A stretch of 64,000 bases of DNA from Eledone cirrhosa (lineage: Eukaryota): assembly GCA_964016885.1 (NCBI GenBank), contig OZ024760.1:7068001-7132000 (forward strand). The letters are read 5' to 3'. Under the pieces are notes generated by a model that was not told the origin of the DNA, made no database searches, and saw nothing but the letters and a program-made list of their open reading frames with translations. A program made the translations under genes and the position numbers. Positions 55,765 through 64,000 of this stretch are shown one piece after another (position 1 is the stretch's first letter; each line of letters begins with the position of its first letter).

Positions 55765-55888
55765 CAATATATAACAGTTTTACAAATAAGCTTTGACGTA
55801 CCCTTTTAAAACCTGGATGACTTCCAAAAATAATGGTTGCATTTTAAAAGGGTACGTCAAAGCTTATTTGTAAAACTGTTATATATTG

Positions 55889-55953
55889 TATTTTGTCTGA
55901 TGAAGGCATACCATAATTTAATTTGGTATCCCTGAAATATGTATAATGAAATA
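55889..55953 (+). ncRNA. Type I hammerhead motif, family G (right arm)
   Basis: tattttgt CTGATGA agg-c-atacca..tggtat-c-cct GAA ATATGTAT A atgaaata. Confidence 0.72.
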
Positions 55954-56084
55954 AATATGGTTTTATAAATATAGTTTCCATTTATTAATATCGTATATCT
56001 ACTCCAAAAACTTGTCGAGTGCTTTATATCAGTTATAAAAATATTTACTTGTTGTATCCCAACAATTTTAAATAGAACTTTTGC

Positions 56085-56139
<55 letters not shown>

Positions 56140-56225
56140 GGGATTGTAACGTCCAGTTACTGTAGATTCACCAGAGTGAGCACTCGATGTGTAGTTTTCA
56201 GTAAATAGAGAAGTGTAGTACTAAG

Positions 56226-56271
<46 letters not shown>

Positions 56272-56338
56272 AGCGAATTTCCGACCGTTAGGTTGATTTC
56301 CATGCGTAGGTATGTCATTATTTATAAAATAAATTTTG

Positions 56339-56403
56339 TATTTTATCTGATGAAAGCGCACCAAGGTTTGCTTGGTCGCCCTTGAAATATATATAATAAA
56401 ATA
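56339..56403 (+). ncRNA. Type I hammerhead motif, family G (diverged copy)
   Basis: tattttat CTGATGA aag-c-gc-accaag-gtttg-cttggt-c-gc-c-ctt GAA ATATATAT A ataaaata; perfect 8-bp stem I. Confidence 0.78.
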
Positions 56404-56980
56404 AATATGGTTTTATAAATATAGTTTCCATTCATTATTATCTTGGAATTCGGGGTTGATAAAATAAAGTACCAGTAATGCACTGGAAGATTGCTAGCCT
56501 TGTGCCTAAAGTAGAAACAATTATTATCTTGGAATTCAAATTCCGCCGGGGTTAACTTTGCCTTTCATCCTTACAGGGTCGATAAAATAAAGTACCAGTA
56601 ATGCACTGGAATAATTGCTGGCCTTGTGCCAAATGTAGAAACAATTATTATCTTGGGATATTTACTCCAGTAATCTATTGAGTGCTCTATATCAGTTATA
56701 AACATTTATGTTTGTCGGAACTCCAACAAATTAAATATAACCTCTACACACACACACACACACACATATATTACATGTGGCGGTGGATTGGCAGTATTGG
56801 TAGAGGGTCGGACGCCATGCTTTGACGCATAGAGTTACGGCCCTTGCCATTCTGAGTTCAAATCCCGCCGAGGTTAACTTTGCCTTTCATCCTTACGGGA
56901 TCGATAAAATAAAGTACCAGTAATGCACTGGGTAATTGCTGGCCTTGTGCCTAACGTAGAAACAATTATATATATATATA

Positions 56981-57100
56981 TAGGAACAAGTATGACCCCG
57001 ACGGCAGAGCTCAAGCCGTTTCGACGGCTAATTCTGGTCTAGTCCAGAATTAGCCGTCGAAACAGCTTGAGCTCTGCCGTCGGATTCATACTTGTTCCTA
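56981..57100. repeat. Near-perfect 120-bp palindrome, family H
   Basis: taggaacaagtatga...gacggctaattctgg / ccagaattagccgtc...tcatacttgttccta. Confidence 0.9.
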
Positions 57101-57178
57101 TTACCCACTCTACTACCCTAAGTATTGAGTACTTTGGTGCGTTATGGTCCATCTGGTTCCTTACCACATTTCCTTCGT

Positions 57179-57211
<33 letters not shown>

Positions 57212-57824
57212 CCTCGCTCGTTATATATATATATCGTTATATATATATATATCCTCGCTCGTTATATATATATATCGTTATATATATATCGTTATATCCT
57301 CGCTCTCTCAGCAATAGTACTGCCTCGCACACTCTCTGTCTGTATCACATGTAGTCCAGGGTAAGCCATGGTTAAAAAATAAAAAAAATAAAACTAATAA
57401 GGAATGCATGGAATACCTTTGATCAATGGAAGGTGTAATTTAGTGAGAAACGATGACATGAAAATGTCAACAGATGTAACAAATAGCATTGAACAGGTCA
57501 CATGACTAACGAAAACCAAGATATCTATTAACAAAGCACAGCAAACAGCACAATATTAGAATTCGATAATATAACATTTGTTTAAGTTATTGATCGGCCA
57601 TCACAGATGTCTCCTCCTCGTATGAATAGCATTACAAAAATTATAATTAAACCTCGCTGTTGTGACAGAACAGGAGTGGAAACAACGTAAAATGGAGTCT
57701 TTTTATTTCTCGTGTTCGTATCTTTATGTGTAGAGAATTAGGGGCAGCGAATATTAGTCGTTACAATGTCGAATAGAATACTTCACAGTATTTGTTCCGG
57801 CTTTCTTCCCTCTGAGTACAAAAG

Positions 57825-57889
57825 ATATATATTTGACTCATACACTGTTCATTCTTTCAAAATGAACAGTGTATGAGTCAAATATATAT
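57825..57889. repeat. Perfect 29-bp inverted repeat with 7-nt loop
   Basis: atatatatttgactcatacactgttcatt / aatgaacagtgtatgagtcaaatatatat. Confidence 0.9.
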
Positions 57890-58130
57890 ATAAATCTTGT
57901 TATCCTACATTGAGCTAAAACCACACTGTCATACCAAGGGCAATATATCTGCGCGTCTGGGCACATTGATATACTTGTCAACGAAACTATATATATATAT
58001 GCAAAAGTTCTATTTAAATTGTTGGGATACAACAAGCAAATATTTTTATAACTGATATAAAGCACTCAACAAGTATTTGGAGTAAACATACGATATTAAC
58101 AAATGGAAACTATATTTATAAAACCATATT

Positions 58131-58195
58131 TATTTCATTATACATATTTCAAGGACACCAAGTTAAATTATGGTGTGCTTTCATCAGATAAAATA
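58131..58195 (-). ncRNA. Type I hammerhead motif, family G (left arm)
   Basis: Reverse complement of 58309-58373. Confidence 0.75.
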
Positions 58196-58308
58196 TAATA
58201 TAGAGCAGTTTTATAAATAAATATTGATACTATCTGGGAGCTTCCAACAGTAATGGTTGCATTTTTTAAGGGTATGTCAATATTTATTTATAAAACTGAT
58301 CTATATTA

Positions 58309-58373
58309 TATTTTATCTGATGAAAGCACACCATAATTTAACTTGGTGTCCTTGAAATATGTATAATGAAATA
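58309..58373 (+). ncRNA. Type I hammerhead motif, family G (right arm)
   Basis: tattttat CTGATGA aag-c-acacca..tggtgt-c-ctt GAA ATATGTAT A atgaaata; two compensatory stem II changes relative to the 55889 copy. Confidence 0.75.
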
Positions 58374-59634
58374 AATATGGTTTTATAAATATAGTTTCCA
58401 TTTGTTAATATCGTATATATATATATAGTAATATTTGTTTCTACTTTGGGCACAAGGCCAGCAATTACCCCAGTGCATTACTGGTACTTTATTTTATCGA
58501 CCCCCCCGTAAGGATGAAAGGCAAAGTTAACCACGGCGGGATTTGAACTCAGATCATAAAGGGACGTAACTATGCTGGAAAGCATGGCGTCCGACCCTCA
58601 ACCGATACTGCCATATATAATTGTTTCTACTTTAGGCACAAGGTCAGCAATTACCTAGTGTATTACTGGTACTTTATTTTATCGACCCCGTAAGGATGAA
58701 AGGCAAAGTCAACCTCGGCGGGATTTGAACTCAGATCGTAAAGGGACATAGCTATGCTGGAAAGTATAGCGCCCGACCCTCTACCGATACTGCCAATCCA
58801 CATATAATGATTTCTGATTTAGGCACAAGGTCAACAAATAAAAAACGGACCCCCCCCCCCCTAAATACCCCCCCCCCCCCCCAAAAAAAAACGGGCCCCC
58901 GAATAAAAAACGGACCCCCACCCCCACCCGACCCCTAAATAAATAACGGACCCACCCCCACCCCACTTCCAAATAAAAAACGGACCCCACCGCCACCCTA
59001 AATAAAATAAATTATTGAATGGTAAGGAAAAAGGTCTTTTATGGTGTCTAGTCGACAGCTGGTGAAAGGGACAGTCACCCCCACACCCCACCCCCACATA
59101 CACGGAACGTCAAGTGTGGAATGCTTGCTCTCATATATTATCTACTGGAGTTATCTCCCTGTCCTGGACATATAACGAAAGGAATTGCCATATTGGAACC
59201 GGCTCTGGTTCTATGACACAAAACCAACCGTTTTAAAGTACTTCTATTTAAATCAAAATCTTTCATCATAATTACGCCCCCCCCCCCCCACAAAATAAAT
59301 AAATAAATAAGTAAAAAAACTAAAAAAAACTTGTAACTTAGGTTACAAATGATAATGAAATAATAATTCCAGTAAATCTCTCTAAATTTTTCCATGAATT
59401 AATTGATTTTAGTGTATTTAATTGGAAATATAATATGGAAAAGCTTAGTCGGAATTTTAAAACACACAAGGTTTTTATATATATGAGAATTTCTTGTATT
59501 TAATATTTTAGTGTGTAGGACGTTGCTTTCTTTATTTAGAGAAAATGTTTTTTCGTCTACTACCACTATACATATAAGAGTTGTCTCCCTCACAACGTAA
59601 GCCTTATTACGTTTGAGTGTGTGTATATATAATC

Positions 59635-59875
59635 CATTACCATCCTCCGGGGAAACGCCTTCTCCATTCTGTCCGGCGGGGCCGTGAGGCGGCCAGCACG
59701 TGGGGCCCCATTTACTCATAATACAGAGAGATGGGGGGAGGGTGATAGAGATGGAAGCGATGACAGTGGGAGTTCGGCTCTTCCGTGTTCGGACCTGGTG
59801 TGCAGTGTCAGTTGTCCGTAGGGAGGTAGTGGTTTGTACTTAGCGAAGGTTTTTAGAACCTTGTGTTAGTAAGTA
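59635..59875. promoter_or_regulatory. GC/CpG-rich island, candidate promoter or first exon(s)
   Basis: Unique GC-rich patch in an AT-rich background, with CACGTG at 59697-59702 and outward-facing donors (minus ATG|gtaatg at 59640, plus |gtaagt at 59869). Confidence 0.4.
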
Positions 59876-60177
59876 TTGTAAGATTTTCCTGTTATCAACT
59901 TCATGAAGGATTGTAAGATCTTCTCCCCTCTTAATGAGGTTGTAAACAGAAACGTACGGTTATATATATAATATATATATATAAAGGATCGATCGACTTT
60001 CGTCAAATCGGACCGACCAACAATGTTTCCGTTGGTCTTTCCAGTTGCTAGTACTATCTATCGGTCGCAACTCCAGGTAGAAGTAGAAGGAGCAACGTGA
60101 AATAAAGTGTCTTGCTCAAGGACATAACACATCGCCCGGTCCAGGATCGAACTCACAACCTCAAGATTGTGAATCTA

Positions 60178-60235
<58 letters not shown>

Positions 60236-60281
60236 GATAAAGAACACAAGAGCGTCTACAACATCAAACATTTTTTTATTG

Positions 60282-60326
60282 GCTTACAATGTTTCTTCCT
60301 TACGTAACCGTAGGATTCTTCAGAGC
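60282..60326 (-). ncRNA. Type I minimal hammerhead motif, family A, second copy
   Basis: gct CTGAAGA a-tcctacg-gtta-cgt-a-agga-a GAA ACATTGT A agc. Within the core it differs from the 2981 copy only at the free N7 position. Confidence 0.72.
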
Positions 60327-60493
60327 TATAAAAGGGCTTTGATTGGTGTTATGGACTCTACCAACCAAACATTCAAGAACAAAGAGTAAAGGGAGTAAAG
60401 AGCAAAAGCAGGGGACAATAAGTCTAATTTTGGTGCGGGAGGGTGGGGTGTCGGTCCTTGTTTACTAGCTGTGGTCATATTCGTTCCCGGGAG

Positions 60494-60565
<72 letters not shown>

Positions 60566-61029
60566 CTTCACTCGCCTAACCGAGGTAACTGGCCATCACC
60601 CCAGGTAATGCTGCGAGCGTTGCTCGCTTGCCTCAAAAATCATTAGAGAGGTTTCCCAGTGCTCCTCGCGATATTTTTCTTTTGTTCTGGCAACGGCACC
60701 CCTTTCGCTTGCCTTTTGCTGTATGTGGTCCAAGATGTGTGCATTACCAGCTTGTGTGTGTGTGTGTGTGTGCTTTTTTTCTTTTCTTTTTGCCTTTTCC
60801 TTTTCTTTTTTTATTTGTAATATTATTCATAAATAACACCTTGAGATATCTTCAAAAAAAAATAAAAGAAGAAGAATGAATTATTTATAGAAATATATAT
60901 ATATATAAAGAAATACTGAAGCGAAAAAACCAAACCAAACAGTAAGTGTGTTTTACTATATTTTTCTCGCAATATTAGAACATGACCCTCCTCAAATATA
61001 ACAATATATATATATATACATCAAGCTGT

Positions 61030-61625
61030 ACCTTGAGATAAAAAGGACAGATCCTGAACACTATAGATCTTTCCTGTAATCAGACCTGGACACAATGCAG
61101 CAATGAATTACGGACTGACAACTCAAGTTGGCTCTGGACAAGTGTACCACCATGCATTTTGGGAGGAAAAACCTAGCGTCCACATACTCCCTCCACAACA
61201 CCAATCTCAAGAAGTCTTCTTGTGAACGTGACCTGGGCATTACTGTCAGCAGCGATTTGCATAGGACAAAGCACATCTCTAAAATTGTCAAGAAGGCCGA
61301 GGGTGTCTTGGCATCACTCAGCAAGACCTTTGTCAGCCGCTCTCCAGCAATCTATTTAAAGCTGTATATAGCTATGGCGCGGCCACACTTAGAATTTGCA
61401 TCACCAGTCTGGAACCCCTTGCTCAGAACATTGACCTCCTGGAAACTGTTCAGAGACGTGCAACCAAGCGAATACCCTTCATCAGGCATCTACCATACTC
61501 TGAACACATTGCTTCCCAGGGCATGGATACATTGAAACTCCGACGTCTGGCAACTAACTTGGTAAACACCCACAAAATGATTAACCATCTTGCCAACAAC
61601 AACCCTTTTTGAATTCCTTGTGTTT
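61030..61625 (+). mobile_element. Degenerate CR1-group LINE RT fragment
   Basis: KCTTMHFG, ERDLGI, RPHLEFASPVWNP motifs with stops and frameshifts. Confidence 0.8.
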
Positions 61626-62260
61626 TGCCATTCCAGGTGTTGCCATTCCCTGCGATCAATATTGCCTTGGACCAGCTGACACTTGAGATGGTCTTTTGAA
61701 CCTATCTGTGGGTGGGTGGCGGGGCACACTTGGTTTCGTTTGCTTTGACGTAATTTGCTGCAAAGAGCTGCCTTTAGCATCCTAGAGTCGTTCATGCGCG
61801 AGACATGGCCTGCTCTCAATGCTTGTAATATCGGATCTCTTGAGAACTTCCTCGTTTGTTACATAGTCCTGTCAACGGATGCCCATGATGGAGCGAAGGC
61901 ATCGCTGATTGAATCTTTCCAGTAGCTTGATCTGCTTCCGATACAGGACCCAGCTTTCAGCTCATAGAGGATGGTAGTACAACAGTTCTGTAGACTCTGT
62001 TTTTTGTGGAGAGGCATAGAGAATGGTTTTGCCCCATGCGTTTCTGCAAGCATCCGAAGGAGCTGCTGGCCTTGGCGTGGTGGTTGTCAGTGTCTTTGAT
62101 GGGGTAGCGTTGTGGGTAATGACGCTTCCCAAGTATGTGAAGTACTTCAATGTACTGAGAGGGTGCCCATTGATGTTAATCTGCGGATGATGGTATTCTT
62201 CATTTGCTGGCTTCTTCTTCTTGAGGCTGATGGTCAGGCAAAAGGCAAAGTTGAACGTCG
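61625..62260 (-). mobile_element. Degenerate RTE LINE RT fragment
   Basis: FTYLGSVIT and AGHVSRM..SRM motifs in different frames. Confidence 0.7.
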
Positions 62261-62762
62261 GACATGCTGTGAGGCATAGAGTTACGCCCCTTACATTCTG
62301 AGTTCAAATCTCGCCGAGGTTAGCTTTGCCTTCCATCCTTACAAGGTCGATAAAATAATGCACCAGTAATACACTGGAGTCGACTTAATCGACTCTCCTC
62401 TCCTCCAAAATTGTTGGCCTTGTGCCTAAATCAGAAATCATTATATATGGGAGTATCTGAGTTCAAATCCCGCCGAGGTTAACTTTGCCTTTCATCCTTA
62501 CGGGGGTCGATAAAATAAAGTACGAGTAATGCACTGGGTAATTGCTGGCCTTGTGCCTAAAGTAGAAACAATTATATATGGCAGTATCGGTAGAGGGTCG
62601 GACGCCATGTTTTCCAGCATAGTTACGTCCCTTTACGATCTGAGTTCAAATCCCGGCCGAGGTTAACTTTGCCTTTCATCCTTACGATTCTTTGCTTAAA
62701 CAGCCGTCGAAACGGCTTGAGCTCAGCCGTCGGGGTCTTACTGGTTCCTATATATATATATA

Positions 62763-62972
62763 TAGGAACCAGTAAGACCCCAAGTAGAGTGGGTAATAGG
62801 AACCAGTAAGACCCCGTAGAGTGGGTAATAGGAACCAGTAAGACCCCGTAGAGTGGGTAATAGGAACCAGTAAGACCCCGTAGAGTGGGTAATAGGAACC
62901 AGTAAGACCCCAAGTAGAGTGGGTAATAGGAACCAGTAAGACCCCAAGTAGAGTGGGTAATAGGAACCAGTA
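62763..62972. repeat. 32/34-bp tandem array (about 6 copies) made from an inverted piece of family H
   Basis: Unit taggaaccagtaagacccc(aa)gtagagtgggtaa is the reverse complement of family H internal sequence. Confidence 0.85.
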
Positions 62973-63041
62973 TCTACTACACAAAGTATTGAGTACTTTG
63001 GTGCGTTATGGTCTACCTGGTTCCTTACCACATTTCCTTCG

Positions 63042-63087
<46 letters not shown>

Positions 63088-63432
63088 GAATTATAAACAA
63101 CCTTTCATTGAATTAAAATTGAACTATTTAAATTTAAAAAAATTTTTTTTTTTTAAAAACCAACAAAAGTTTGTGAATAATTTTACGCAATGCTACGAGC
63201 GTGTTGGCTTGCCTCAAATGTGCAGTTAACCGATAGATGTGAGGTGCGGCCGATTATCACACTTGGTGGTGAAGTGCCCCCCCCCCCCCCCCTCCTTTTT
63301 TTTTTTTCCCAATTTACCTTTTCTTTCCTTTATTATTTTTGTTCAATGAATTTATATTATTCTGTTATTATACACGGTTTATTATATTTGTAATGTCCTG
63401 AATGAATTGCGAGCAATTTATAATGTTACGCA

Positions 63433-63675
63433 TTTATAATGTTATTTATGTATATATTTAAAGCATATTTGCAATGTTATTCTACTGTAAATTTATACAG
63501 TTGTAGTAAATCTATAATGTTATTTATGTATATATTTAAAGCATATTTGCAATGTTATTCTACTGTAAATTTATACAGTTGTAGTAAATCTATAATGTTA
63601 TTTATGTATATATTTAAAGCATATTTGCAATGTTATTCTACTGTAAATTTATACAGTTGTAGTAAATCTATAAGA
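63433..63675. repeat. 78-bp tandem repeat, 3 copies
   Basis: 26-aa period in ORF 63439-63684. Confidence 0.9.
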
Positions 63676-64000
63676 AGTATATGAAAAGGGAAGAATAAAA
63701 AAACATCAATGTGACATAAAATGAAATATTTATTGCTTTTAAGTCAGATTATTTTGACACGTAACTCCTGCACCGTTGCACTCTTGCAGCAAGCACCGTT
63801 GATAATAGAAAGGTGCGTGTGTGATGTCTTTAGCCTGATTTAAATAATTGTTTCTTAACGGGAATAATCAGCTCAGTGCTAATAATTGTTTCTACTTTTG
63901 GCACAAGGCCAGCAATTATTCAGTACATTACTGGTACTTTATTTTATCGACCCCGCAAGAATGAAAGGCAAAGTTAACAATAACTTCTGGTTTTTAATTA

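Larger units (their letters stand above)
55655..55998. repeat. Fold-back palindrome (157-bp arms, 1 mismatch, 30-nt spacer) of family G element
   Basis: 55655-55811 is the reverse complement of 55842-55998; each arm carries a hammerhead. Confidence 0.92.
58088..58416. repeat. Fold-back palindrome (about 140-bp arms, 1 mismatch, 49-nt spacer) of family G element
   Basis: 58088-58227 is the reverse complement of 58277-58416; hammerheads at 58131-58195(-) and 58309-58373(+). Confidence 0.92.

Overview
AT-rich, microsatellite-saturated eukaryotic DNA. The SINE/LINE complement and gene content suggest a cephalopod, probably an octopus (inference). One complete protein-coding gene is supported: a six-coding-exon Elovl2/5-type PUFA elongase on the + strand (29559-44336, 310 aa, HVFHH histidine box, 13-Ala tract, KKAQ ER-retrieval end). 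The rest is mostly transposon debris and tandem arrays: RTE, CR1 and R4/Dong-like LINEs, tRNA-derived SINEs, piggyBac-type MITEs, Helitron-like ends, a Tc1/mariner relic and about 20 minisatellites, several born inside TEs. Nearly all ORFs in the supplied track are microsatellite artefacts. The most striking unannotated signal is 13 type-I hammerhead ribozyme motifs in about seven sequence families, folded by hand. They have intact CUGANGA/GAAA/UH cores, covarying stems and mostly self-complementary stem III. In most, an AATAAA follows the cut site and a (TA)n tract lies 37-50 nt downstream. Several occur as near-perfect fold-back palindromes with a ribozyme on each strand (55.6-58.4 kb), and one sits in sense orientation in the last intron of the elongase. 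These resemble Penelope-like pLTR or retrozyme modules, but no Penelope RT/GIY-YIG ORF is visible in the window.
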